64,000 bases of DNA, from NCBI GenBank assembly GCA_937894775.1, contig CALAXC010000153.1, positions 17,802-81,801 on the forward strand. Reading direction: 5' to 3'. Both the position numbers and the translations under genes were made by a program. This document shows positions 45,843-55,130 of this stretch, piece by piece; the first letter of the stretch is position 1; every line of letters starts with the position of its first letter. This DNA is from an uncultured Clostridia bacterium. GTDB taxonomy: Bacteria; Bacillota; Clostridia; Oscillospirales; CAG-272. The notes below the pieces were generated by a model that was not told the origin of the DNA, searched no databases, and worked only from the letters and a program-made list of their open reading frames with translations.

Positions 45843-46478
45843 TTAAAAATCAAAGAAATATGCGGTGCAGTCAAGAGCATTTCCAAGAGTAGTGATATTA
45901 TTGTGTCCCGGATATATAAGTGCGCTTTTGTCAAATCGATAAAGTTTTTTTATTGAAGCGGCAAGCTCTTTGTGGCTTCCACCGTAAAGATCGCAGCGTC
46001 CTACAGAATCCGAGAAGAGTGTATCTCCTGTTATTACAGCAATTCCGTGTTCGTCGGTAGGAATTATAAAGCAACAAGATCCTTTTGAGTGTCCCGGAGT
46101 GTGCAATACCTCTATTTGTTCATTTCCCAATGAAATTTTTTGTCCGTCTTCTAAAAACAGATCGGCGGGCTTGTGGAAAAATTCTCTTTGAAATAATGTA
46201 TAAGAACCGTTAATTTTTCCGTCTGTGAGCATAGGCGCATCAGCAGAATGAATGTAGACGGGTATGTTCAGCCTTTCTCTGAGAGTATCTATTGAAAAAA
46301 TGTGATCAAAATGTCCGTGTGTGAGAAGTATTCCTTCGAGAGATGCATTGAATTTTTTGACACTGTCAATAATTGCATCTACCGAAACGGAAGGGTCTAT
46401 TACAAAAGCAGAACTTCCTGATATCAAAAGATAGGTGTTTGATGCAAAGGATTTTGGACAAATCTGAATTATTTGCAT
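45843..46478 (-). CDS. MBL-fold metallo-hydrolase (glyoxalase II-like)
   Basis: 211 aa. 'LLTHGHFDH', 'HTPGHSKGS' and 'GDTLF'. Confidence 0.8.
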   Translation of the reverse strand: MQIIQICPKSFASNTYLLISGSSAFVIDPSVSVDAIIDSVKKFNASLEGILLTHGHFDHIFSIDTLRERLNIPVYIHSADAPMLTDGKINGSYTLFQREFFHKPADLFLEDGQKISLGNEQIEVLHTPGHSKGSCCFIIPTDEHGIAVITGDTLFSDSVGRCDLYGGSHKELAASIKKLYRFDKSALIYPGHNNITTLGNALDCTAYFFDF

Positions 46479-46650
46479 ATAAGCTCCTTTTCACAACAAA
46501 TATTCATTATATTATATCATAAAAAGCATTCAAAGTCTATAGAAATATAGAAAAAATCTTTTTTAAAGGCAAAAAATCCAACGATTCTATTGAAAAATCT
46601 TTTGTGTTTTGATATAATTGACTTTAATATAAGAGAAAGGAGGATCAAAT

Positions 46651-47625
46651 ATGTCATCTGAAAATTTTATTACTTTTTTGAAAAATGATAAAACGAGGAT
46701 TATAGCGGCAAAAATGCTATCACAAAAAGAAAATAAAGCTGATGTTTTTTGTCTTTCGGATTATGAGGTTTTCTCTGCGTTTTGCGATTTTTATCTGCTT
46801 CTGACGGGACATCCTATAAGAACAGTTCTTGACGGCGTTTTTTCGGAAAATCAAATTATCCCTGAGCCTTTTAAATTACCAAACAGCGAATATAAAAAAG
46901 CAATATGGAAAAGGATCTTTTCTTTTGAAGCTAACGTTTTTGATCCTGCTTTATGTGTGAAAGATAATTGTTTGCCAAAGGTTGGATCAAAATACGATAA
47001 AGAAGAGTTCTTTTATCTTAATAATGAAATAGTCAGCGGATACAGCGATGTTTTTTCGCTTTTGGAATATATTATCGAGAAGATCTCAAAAGAGAATAAA
47101 AGCATTATATATTGTGATGTATCAAACATAGAATATGCAAATACCGATGATTATCACGCAAATATAGCATACGGTAAATTGAAAAACGGAGAAAATCTTT
47201 CAGCAGAGCTTTTGTTGTGGGTTATTTGCAGAATACTTATGTGTACACCTGTTTCGCTTTACTTGAAAACCGATTCTTCGGAAAAAGCAAAGCAGATAAT
47301 AGACCTTATTTATGCAAGGCGTATTTCTTCTCGAATACATCTTTCTTTTCTCGCAGAGGAAAGAGAAAAAATTGAGAATATATTTGAATTTTATTTAAAA
47401 AAATGCAAAAAAAATATTTCCTTGGAGTTCTATTTTTCCAAGGAAATATCAAGTCAAAAAGTAACTGAAATACTTGCAGAAATCTATAGTATTATCCCTT
47501 TTGGTTTAATAAAACCGTCTGCGGTCGATGTCAATACTGATCTATACAGAAAAGCATTGAATGATTGGCTTAACTGTATTGTAAACACGCAGAAAGAAAA
47601 AGATTTTTTGATTAATTATTATTAA
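46651..47625 (+). CDS. Hypothetical protein
   Basis: 324-aa ORF with an AGGAGG RBS at 46638-46643. No family recognised. Confidence 0.55.
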   Translation: MSSENFITFLKNDKTRIIAAKMLSQKENKADVFCLSDYEVFSAFCDFYLLLTGHPIRTVLDGVFSENQIIPEPFKLPNSEYKKAIWKRIFSFEANVFDPALCVKDNCLPKVGSKYDKEEFFYLNNEIVSGYSDVFSLLEYIIEKISKENKSIIYCDVSNIEYANTDDYHANIAYGKLKNGENLSAELLLWVICRILMCTPVSLYLKTDSSEKAKQIIDLIYARRISSRIHLSFLAEEREKIENIFEFYLKKCKKNISLEFYFSKEISSQKVTEILAEIYSIIPFGLIKPSAVDVNTDLYRKALNDWLNCIVNTQKEKDFLINYY

Positions 47626-48352
47626 GCTTGGGCAGAAAGAATGCGCCGCCGATATCTGTGAGCGGGGCATCTGTAAGAGAGTTTATATGAAAATCGTGTT
47701 TCTCGCAAAAGGCTGAAATGATTTCATAATTTTTGTGTTTTGAAACGTCACCGAAAAAGAACACGGTATTATTATATACTGCGGATGCGCCTCCGATAAA
47801 ACCGTAGTTATATCCATTTAATATAATATTTTCCGAAGAGTTTTCAATCTTTAAAATGTCTATTCCAAGCTTTAATGCGGAACTTGAAATGCGGTCATCT
47901 GCACAGACGATCGCTTTTTCATTTAAAATGAGTGAAGAGCATTTTGCATATCCTTGTTTTACCGAAATATAAGTATATCCGTTATTGCTTGCAAAGTTTA
48001 ATATTTCTTTTGCGCAAGCATCTTTTTTTCCTATGATATAGTTTCCGATAACAGCTTGATTAAGTTGAATATCAAAAGGATATTCTTTTTTGCGCTCTAT
48101 GTCACACAGAATCGGAGAATATCCGAAATCTTCAATTTTGCTAAATAAGTTTTTGTTTTTGCTGTAATAATTTTTACTGCAAAAAAAGTAATGATCTATA
48201 ACACAAAGAAGCATATCTGCGTGAGAGGAGATGGGGGACGCCAAACCTCCTTCAGCTGGGAGTGTTACTACATCAAAGCCAAGCTTGGTGATAGCTGTAT
48301 GGATCTTTTCGTCGGCATTTTCGCCAATGATTACTAATACATTTTTATTCAC
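47612..48352 (-). CDS. Hypothetical protein (possibly the DUF6873-type fold; weak recollection only)
   Basis: 246-aa ORF whose 3' end overlaps the convergent gene by 14 nt. Contains 'SSHADMLL'. No firm family call. Confidence 0.5.
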   Translation of the reverse strand: MNKNVLVIIGENADEKIHTAITKLGFDVVTLPAEGGLASPISSHADMLLCVIDHYFFCSKNYYSKNKNLFSKIEDFGYSPILCDIERKKEYPFDIQLNQAVIGNYIIGKKDACAKEILNFASNNGYTYISVKQGYAKCSSLILNEKAIVCADDRISSSALKLGIDILKIENSSENIILNGYNYGFIGGASAVYNNTVFFFGDVSKHKNYEIISAFCEKHDFHINSLTDAPLTDIGGAFFLPKLNNN

Positions 48353-48384
48353 GGTATTCTCCTGATATCAAACAATAGAAAACA

Positions 48385-48418
48385 AAAAAGCAGCTTCCCA
48401 TAGAAACTGCTTTTTATG
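48385..48418 (-). terminator. Terminator after rpmB
   Basis: On the minus strand: AAAGCAGTTTC...GAAGCTGCTTT hairpin followed by a T-run. Confidence 0.6.
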
Positions 48419-48428
48419 ATTACAGAAC

Positions 48429-48614
48429 TTAAGCTCTGCTAACTTTGCCTGAACGAAGGCAACGAGAGCAAACAGCAATAGTCTTGGGCGTACCATCAAC
48501 AATAGCTTTTACTTTGCGAATGTTGGGCTTCCAAGCTCTGTTTGTTTTACGATGCGAGTGAGAAACGGCCTGTCCGAATACAACGCCTTTTCCGCAAACA
48601 CTACACTTTGCCAT
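48429..48614 (-). CDS. rpmB: 50S ribosomal protein L28
   Basis: 61 aa, 'MAKCSVCGKGVVFGQAVSHSHRKTNRAWKPNI'. AGGAGG RBS. Confidence 0.9.
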   Translation of the reverse strand: MAKCSVCGKGVVFGQAVSHSHRKTNRAWKPNIRKVKAIVDGTPKTIAVCSRCLRSGKVSRA

Positions 48615-48725
48615 ATTGACACCTCCTAATGCACATATGCATAACTAACATTTGTTTATAAACCATAGAACATTTGATATTATATCATAATTGTTGAAAA
48701 AAAGCAAGAGCTTTTTAGAAAAAAA

Positions 48726-50516
48726 TTAAAAGTTTTTGTCACCTTCCGTTTTTATGGTGGGAGTAGCCACAAGTATAGCATCTTCAAATGAAAAAGCGCA
48801 ATTATTTTTAAGCTCGAAAAGAAGTCCGTGAGCATTTGAAAAGTCATTTATATCAAAGTCTTCGCTAAAATTTAATGTTACTGTTTGCGAAGCATTTTCG
48901 ATAACGTCTTTTAAGTTTTCATTGATAGCAAATGCCGAAATTACAAGATCGTTTTCTATGCAATAGCTAAACTCTTCGATCATTTTTCTGTAAGCAGGGT
49001 AATCAGGGCAACCGTCTTGTAAAAACTTATAGGGAATAAAAAATATCAAAGAATTTTCTCCGCCAAAAGAACCGTTAATCTTCTTTATCGGTGGTTTTGC
49101 AGATGCTATGCAGGTTATCGAGCGTTCGCTTTTGTTATAGCTTATTCTTGGCGGGGCATCTGAAAGGCAAAGCTCTATCATTGAACGGTAAGCACCGAGA
49201 ACCGATGCAAGATTTTTTCCAAGCTCAATGCTGTTGTCAGTACCGCAAGGGAATGAATATGCGATGGAAAGCTTTATTTCACTTTTTGGCACACCTTTTG
49301 CGATAAGTGTAGATGCGACATCAAGAACGGCAACAGCAGATGTTTTAAACGGAGAGGAGTATAGGTTTCGTGAGGTTGCCGTTGCTACGGCTTTGTTGAA
49401 TTTTAAAATTCGTTCAGCACGGTATGTGCGACGTGTTTGGGCGGTTCTATCTGTAAGATAAACAGGGGCTTTTTTATCAAGAGTGCTGTTTGTTTCGTCA
49501 GAAAAAACATATTGTTTGTGTTCTCTGAAATTTATAAGAGAATCCAAAAAGTTAAAGCTTACCTGTAGAATAGGATTTTTAACGGTATCCCAGGATATCA
49601 CTTTTGTTGTGTTTCTTATGGCAAAAATACAAGCGCGTAAACCGTATTCTCCCGCTATGCGGTCGAGCATAGCAACAGAAACAGCGGGAGCTGTAAAAAT
49701 ATACCGATTTTTACAGTCTGTTACCAAAGATTCAAGATATATAACCTTTCCGTTTTCGTCTTTGTCTATTTCGGGGATATTTGAAAGATTTATAAATATC
49801 CCGCCGCGTTCTTTTTTTATTACATCAAGAAGTCCGAATTCATTGGAAACTTTTGAAAGCTCGGAAATAAGACTTTCTACTTCATAAAGCTTTGTGAAAC
49901 TATCTGCAAAGGTATTGTAATCAAAAAATATATCAGATGATATGGGACAAAGCATTACCCACGCATTTTTATCGTTTGCAGAAGAAGCTTGATCTTTTTC
50001 GGAAGTATCCGAATCAATGCAGAGATTAAAAAGCGGGATATCCTTTTCGGTATGGATATAATATCCCTCGGGTTTTGTCGAAGGAGAGTGGATGAAAAAA
50101 TCCGAAGAGGTATTCGTACCGATATATTTGTGATAGTCGTAAGATACTCTTGCTGCTACCGATATAGGCATAGCACCGAATGTTTTTGGTTGGCATACGG
50201 TATGCTTTTTTAAAAGATCTTTGCTTGTTTGCATAATATAATCGGAATCACCGCCTTCGGAGGTTGCCGAATATATCAAAAAATCTTTTTTCTGTGCGGT
50301 ACGTATTTGGTTTATACGGTCAAAAAGCTTTATTTGATTGTGTGTAGGTTGTGTCTGCATTTCATTTTTGAAGTAACACTGTATGTGAAACATAAGCTCG
50401 GAGGATAAAGTTAAGCTGTATTTTTCTGAAAATGCGATAAGCTCGTCTTTAGTCATAGCGGTGAATCCTTGAATTTTGGATTCAAGTAAATCTGTTATAT
50501 CACTGTCGTTAAACAT
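48726..50516 (-). CDS. Hypothetical protein (N-terminus faintly FGAM-synthase/PurL-linker-like)
   Basis: 596-aa ORF with no catalytic motif recognised. 'LSSELMFHIQCYFKNEMQTQPTHNQIKLF' resembles the PurL linker 'L..i..yF....R.PT..EL', but the SEHC block is absent. Confidence 0.5.
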   Translation of the reverse strand: MFNDSDITDLLESKIQGFTAMTKDELIAFSEKYSLTLSSELMFHIQCYFKNEMQTQPTHNQIKLFDRINQIRTAQKKDFLIYSATSEGGDSDYIMQTSKDLLKKHTVCQPKTFGAMPISVAARVSYDYHKYIGTNTSSDFFIHSPSTKPEGYYIHTEKDIPLFNLCIDSDTSEKDQASSANDKNAWVMLCPISSDIFFDYNTFADSFTKLYEVESLISELSKVSNEFGLLDVIKKERGGIFINLSNIPEIDKDENGKVIYLESLVTDCKNRYIFTAPAVSVAMLDRIAGEYGLRACIFAIRNTTKVISWDTVKNPILQVSFNFLDSLINFREHKQYVFSDETNSTLDKKAPVYLTDRTAQTRRTYRAERILKFNKAVATATSRNLYSSPFKTSAVAVLDVASTLIAKGVPKSEIKLSIAYSFPCGTDNSIELGKNLASVLGAYRSMIELCLSDAPPRISYNKSERSITCIASAKPPIKKINGSFGGENSLIFFIPYKFLQDGCPDYPAYRKMIEEFSYCIENDLVISAFAINENLKDVIENASQTVTLNFSEDFDINDFSNAHGLLFELKNNCAFSFEDAILVATPTIKTEGDKNF

Positions 50517-50542
50517 TGTTTCTCCTTGTGATTATTTTCAAT

Positions 50543-51865
50543 TTAGTTTATCAATCTGCCAAAGCAGATATCTCCGTCGGTGTTTTCTATTTTTACAGGT
50601 AAGATCAGTCCGCGTAGGTCTTTTTCTGACTTTACAGATACTTCGATAAAATTATCTGTGTGCCCGTGCGCTGAGATTCCGTCAAAGGTTTCAAAAAGAA
50701 CTTTTTTTATGGGGCAGTTCAATATTTGCTTGGATATAAAGTCTTTTTTAGTTTCTTTCGCTGTTTTTTCAAGTATGTGAAGACGGCGGTTTTTTTCTTC
50801 GGAATTAAGTTGACCTTTCATTTTAGAGGCTTCCGTTCCTTTTCTGTTTGAATAGGAAAAGAGATGAACGGTTAAAAATTCAGCTTTTCTTATGAAATCT
50901 GCCGTTTCAAGAAGATCAGCTTCGGTTTCTTGCGGGAATCCGACAATCACATCTGTGGTAAAGCTTACGTTTGGAATGCTGTTCTTTAAGAGCCTTATTG
51001 CATTCATTGCCATTTCGGCATTGTATTTTCTTCTCATCAAAGCAAGGATCCTGCTGCTTCCGCTTTGAAGCGACAGATGAAAGTGTGGGGCAAGGGAAGT
51101 GAGTTTTGATATCTTTTCAACGAATTCGGGTTTTATAAGAGAAGGATCAAGAGAGCCGAGTCTGATCCTTTCGAGCCCCTTTATTTTATCGACCTTGCAA
51201 AGAATATCCGCAAGAGTAATACCTTCAAGATCTTTTCCGTACGATGCTGTTTCTATTCCTGTAAGAACGACCTCCTTACAGCCGTTTTTAACAAGAGCCT
51301 CGACTTCTGCAATAAGCTTGTTTGGATCTTTTGATCTAACCTTGCCGCGTGCAGAAGGAATTATACAGTAAGCACATCGGTTTTCACATCCGTCCTCTAT
51401 TTTTACGTAAGCTCTTGTTCTTTCAAATTTATGGATACTCATATCCTCGAATTGGGCGTTTTGAATATCTTTGACGAGAACTGTTGGATTGCTTTTTTTT
51501 ATAGAACTATTGAAAAAGTCTATAATATATTTTGCAACTTCAAGTTTATCGGTATTTCCGCAAATGAGATCCACACCGTTTATTTTTGCAATTTCTTCGT
51601 GAGAAGTCTGCGCAAAACATCCGGTTACAGCAATATAAGCATTGGGATTTTTTGAGATGGCGCGTCTTATGAATTGACGGGCTTTTCTGTCCGATTCAGC
51701 GGTAACGGTGCAGGTGTTTATTATATATGCATCGCATATTTCCGACGGTGATAATATTTTTATTCCGTTTTCTTCGAGTGCTTCGGCAATAGCTTCTGAT
51801 TCATATTGATTTACCTTACAGCCTAAAGTATATATTGCCGCTGTCTTTGTATTTATATTTTTCAT
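50543..51865 (-). CDS. mtaB: tRNA methylthiotransferase (MtaB/MiaB-like radical SAM MTTase)
   Basis: 440 aa. N-terminal MTTase 'YTLGCKVNQYESE', radical-SAM 'GCENRCAYC' and a C-terminal TRAM-like region. Confidence 0.8.
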   Translation of the reverse strand: MKNINTKTAAIYTLGCKVNQYESEAIAEALEENGIKILSPSEICDAYIINTCTVTAESDRKARQFIRRAISKNPNAYIAVTGCFAQTSHEEIAKINGVDLICGNTDKLEVAKYIIDFFNSSIKKSNPTVLVKDIQNAQFEDMSIHKFERTRAYVKIEDGCENRCAYCIIPSARGKVRSKDPNKLIAEVEALVKNGCKEVVLTGIETASYGKDLEGITLADILCKVDKIKGLERIRLGSLDPSLIKPEFVEKISKLTSLAPHFHLSLQSGSSRILALMRRKYNAEMAMNAIRLLKNSIPNVSFTTDVIVGFPQETEADLLETADFIRKAEFLTVHLFSYSNRKGTEASKMKGQLNSEEKNRRLHILEKTAKETKKDFISKQILNCPIKKVLFETFDGISAHGHTDNFIEVSVKSEKDLRGLILPVKIENTDGDICFGRLIN

Positions 51866-52034
51866 GGTGAAAACCTCATTAAGTATTTATAACATTGTAA
51901 CATAAAAAAATCTTTTTGTAAAGAAATTTACATTTTTTGAATTCTTATTTTTGATAAATAAAATAAATTCTTGACAAAAGCTTTGTATATGCTATATAAT
52001 AATTATAAATTATGATTTGATTTTGGATGGTAAA

Positions 52035-52991
52035 ATGCGTATTTTAACGGTGAAAAAGAATGATTCCGGTCAGCGACTTGATAAGTTTCTTTCAAAGGCT
52101 GTCAAGGGCTTACCGATGTCAATGATGTACAAGTTTATAAGAACGAAAAAAATAAAAGTAAATCGAAAAAGGGCCGAGCAGAATTATATTTTGTGCGAGG
52201 GCGATGAGATACAGCTGTTTATTAAGGATGAATTTTTTGATTCTCCCGAAAAGGATACCGATGCCTTGTTTAAAATAGCACCTAAACTCAATATTCTTTA
52301 TGAAGATGACAATATAATGCTTTTAAATAAGCGACCCGGTGTTCTTGTTCATGAAGATGAAGGAGCGGGGGATAATACCCTTATTATGCATATAAAAGCA
52401 TATCTTACGCAAAAAGGAGAATATGATCCTGCAAAAGAGCAGAGCTTTTCTCCTGCACTTTGTAACAGAATAGACAGAAATACGGGTGGAATAGTTATTG
52501 CTGCCAAAAATGCCGAGTCTTTGCGCGCTATGAATGAGCGTATAAAGAATAACGAAATAACAAAAAAATACCTTTGCTTGGTAAACGGTATTCCACATCC
52601 GAGGACTGCTACTTTGAAAGCTTATTTGCGTAAGGACAGTAAAAATAATATGGTTGAGGTAAGGGAGAAGTACTTTCAAGGTGCGAAAGAGATAATCACC
52701 GTTTACCGTGTGCTTTCATCATATACAGACAGTTCTTTATTGGAAGTTGAGCTGATAACGGGAAGAACGCATCAGATAAGAGCCCATATGGCACATATCG
52801 GGCATAGCCTTATAGGTGACGGTAAATACGGAATAAACCGTAATGATAGAGCAAAAGGATATAAATATCAAGCTCTGTATTCTTATAAGCTGTATTTCAA
52901 AAAGACTTCAAAAAATGATGTGATTTCTTATCTTGAAGATAAGACCTTTGAAATAAATAAAGAAGATATATGGTTTTTAAATGAAATATAG
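52035..52991 (+). CDS. RluA-family 23S rRNA pseudouridine synthase (S4 domain plus catalytic domain)
   Basis: ATG 52035 (MRILTVKKNDSGQRLDKFL). Catalytic Asp block 'NRIDRNTGG' and 'GRTHQIRAH'. Confidence 0.85.
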   Translation: MRILTVKKNDSGQRLDKFLSKAVKGLPMSMMYKFIRTKKIKVNRKRAEQNYILCEGDEIQLFIKDEFFDSPEKDTDALFKIAPKLNILYEDDNIMLLNKRPGVLVHEDEGAGDNTLIMHIKAYLTQKGEYDPAKEQSFSPALCNRIDRNTGGIVIAAKNAESLRAMNERIKNNEITKKYLCLVNGIPHPRTATLKAYLRKDSKNNMVEVREKYFQGAKEIITVYRVLSSYTDSSLLEVELITGRTHQIRAHMAHIGHSLIGDGKYGINRNDRAKGYKYQALYSYKLYFKKTSKNDVISYLEDKTFEINKEDIWFLNEI

Positions 52992-53009
52992 ATTAAAGTA
53001 GGGGGAAAA

Positions 53010-54671
53010 ATGAGTTTTTCAAAAAAACTTGAGCTTTTTCTGAACAAGGATATAAAATTTGGTTTTCGAATATTGATATTGACTTTAAGCGGTGCTTTGA
53101 CGGGCTTGACTCTGGCTTTTCCAAAACTTGGATTCTTAGAGTGGATATCTATAATCCCGGCCGCTGTGATACTGTTAAAGCGAGGAGCTGATAAGAATAT
53201 AAGATTACGTTCGGTATATTTTGACGGATTGGTATTCTTTTATGGGTTTTATTTGCTGTGTTATCATTTCTTTTTGAGTATGTATCCGTTAGAATTTATC
53301 GACGGAATGACTAAAGGCTCTGCAACTGTTGTTGTGGTTGTTTCTTGGTTAGGTCTTTCACTTTTGCAGGGGTTGATGGGCGGATGTGTATTTTTGCTTT
53401 CTGCCGTCGCTTTCAGGACTAATCTGTTGCAAAAGATATCTTGGCTTAGAATTATTTTAATTGCCGCAATTTGGTCTATATTCGAATGGTCTCAGAATTT
53501 TGGATGGTGGGGAGTTCCTTGGGGGAAGCTTCCTCTCGGGCAAACTGAATATATAGTAGGAATTCAAAATGCTTCTTGGTTTGGTTCTTATTTCTTAACT
53601 TTTGTAATAGTTGTTGTAAATTTTTTCTTTGCGTTTGCGCTTATAAACATAACAAAAATAAAAATTGTAAGAGTGGCATCGCTCACAGCGATTTCTTTGA
53701 TAGCTTTTCAATATTTATCGGGTACAGTAATATGGTTTTCAAATGATATACACAAAGGTGAAACGGTGAAGATCGCGTGTGTTCAGGGAAATATATCCGC
53801 AAGTAACAAATGGGAGGCTGATACCCTTGCCACAATAGAAAAAGTCTATACTGAACAGACAAAAGCAGCAGCAGAAAATGGGGCAGAGATCGTACTTTGG
53901 CCGGAAACGGCGATTCCGTATGATATTACTGTAGGCAAATATACTAAATTTCAAACTGATTTTTGTGCACTTGCTAAAGAAACACAAACGTATATTATAG
54001 TGGGGGCATATTCGCAAACCGGTGAAGGTGGTTCTTATAATTCGCTTATCTGTTTTACTCCCGAAGGGGAGAGGCTTGAACCTATCTATAATAAACGCCG
54101 TCTTGTTCCGTTTGGGGAGTTTGTTCCAATGAGAAAGGTTTTTGAAACTCTTATTCCGCCGCTTACTGAGATACTCATAGCAAATGAAGATATAGTAGCC
54201 GGTGATGGTTCTAATCTTATGGATATAGGTGGGCATTCGGTGGGCTGTCTTGTTTGTTTTGATTCGATATACGACGGTCTTACGCTTGAAAGTGTCAGAG
54301 ACGGTGCCGAGGTTATATGCTTATCTACAAACGACTCTTGGTTTGAAGGCTCTGCTGCACTTGGCATACACAATTCACACGCACAGCTGAGAGCTATTGA
54401 GAGTGGTAGATATGTTACAAGAAGTGCAAGTACGGGTATTTCCACCATAATATCTCCTCGCGGTGAAGTTTTAAAACATATTGAACCTGATACTGAAGGT
54501 GTTATTGTTTATGATGTTAATTTTAGACAGAATAAAACACTGTGGTTTTATTTAGGAAATTCATTTATTTATTTGTGTGTGATGATATGTGTTTTTTTAG
54601 CAGTGCATCAGATCGTTGTTTTTATTAAAACAAAAAAGCAAAAATCTATTGACTTTGTGACGGAATTGTGA
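53010..54671 (+). CDS. lnt: Apolipoprotein N-acyltransferase-like protein
   Basis: 553 aa. About 8 N-terminal TMs followed by a CN-hydrolase domain with 'VLWPETA' (Glu), 'YNKRRLVPFGEFVP' (Lys) and 'LVCFDSIY' (Cys), then a C-terminal TM. Confidence 0.75.
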   Translation: MSFSKKLELFLNKDIKFGFRILILTLSGALTGLTLAFPKLGFLEWISIIPAAVILLKRGADKNIRLRSVYFDGLVFFYGFYLLCYHFFLSMYPLEFIDGMTKGSATVVVVVSWLGLSLLQGLMGGCVFLLSAVAFRTNLLQKISWLRIILIAAIWSIFEWSQNFGWWGVPWGKLPLGQTEYIVGIQNASWFGSYFLTFVIVVVNFFFAFALINITKIKIVRVASLTAISLIAFQYLSGTVIWFSNDIHKGETVKIACVQGNISASNKWEADTLATIEKVYTEQTKAAAENGAEIVLWPETAIPYDITVGKYTKFQTDFCALAKETQTYIIVGAYSQTGEGGSYNSLICFTPEGERLEPIYNKRRLVPFGEFVPMRKVFETLIPPLTEILIANEDIVAGDGSNLMDIGGHSVGCLVCFDSIYDGLTLESVRDGAEVICLSTNDSWFEGSAALGIHNSHAQLRAIESGRYVTRSASTGISTIISPRGEVLKHIEPDTEGVIVYDVNFRQNKTLWFYLGNSFIYLCVMICVFLAVHQIVVFIKTKKQKSIDFVTEL

Positions 54672-54711
54672 TAGAATTATACCGTATTAAAAATCATGAA
54701 AGGAGAAAATC

Positions 54712-55068
54712 ATGAAAAAGACAATTAGAATCATTGCTGTTGCAATGGTGGCTGTTATGCTTTGCCTTTGCCTTGCATCCTGCGGAAAGACTCTTTCCGG
54801 TGAGTACTATTTAGGTGATAAGACTGTTACTAAGTCCTATACTACATATACTTTCAAGGGTAACAAGGTTTCTGTAGAAGTATACCTTCTCGGTCAAAAG
54901 GTAGGAGATGATTCATTCGAGGGTACTTATGAAATTAAGGACAACGAAATCAAGATCTCCTATAAGAATGCTGCAGGCGAAGAGAAATCTTCTACACAGG
55001 CATTCGAAGAGCTTGATGATGGTTCTATTAAGATTGGCATTTTGACTTATAAGAAAGCTGAAAAGTAA
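54712..55068 (+). CDS. Small lipoprotein
   Basis: 118 aa, 'MKKTIRIIAVAMVAVMLCLCLASCGK' (lipobox L-A-S-C). AGGAG RBS. Confidence 0.7.
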   Translation: MKKTIRIIAVAMVAVMLCLCLASCGKTLSGEYYLGDKTVTKSYTTYTFKGNKVSVEVYLLGQKVGDDSFEGTYEIKDNEIKISYKNAAGEEKSSTQAFEELDDGSIKIGILTYKKAEK

Positions 55069-55075
55069 TAAAGAC

Positions 55076-55119
55076 TAGAAGCAAAAAAGCATCTGAATTT
55101 TCAGATGCTTTTTTGCTTC
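55076..55119. terminator. Bidirectional terminator
   Basis: Perfect palindrome AGAAGCAAAAAAGCATCTGA-attt-TCAGATGCTTTTTTGCTTCT between convergent genes. Confidence 0.8.
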
Positions 55120-55130
55120 TAACAGCATAT

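Noticed and set aside
46479-46650. Looked for a T-box leader upstream of the MBL-gltX-glnS operon.
   Set aside because: The best -10 element (TATAAT in GATATAATATAAT on the minus strand) leaves only a ~35-nt leader. That is too short for a T-box, and no specifier or T-box sequence pattern is visible.
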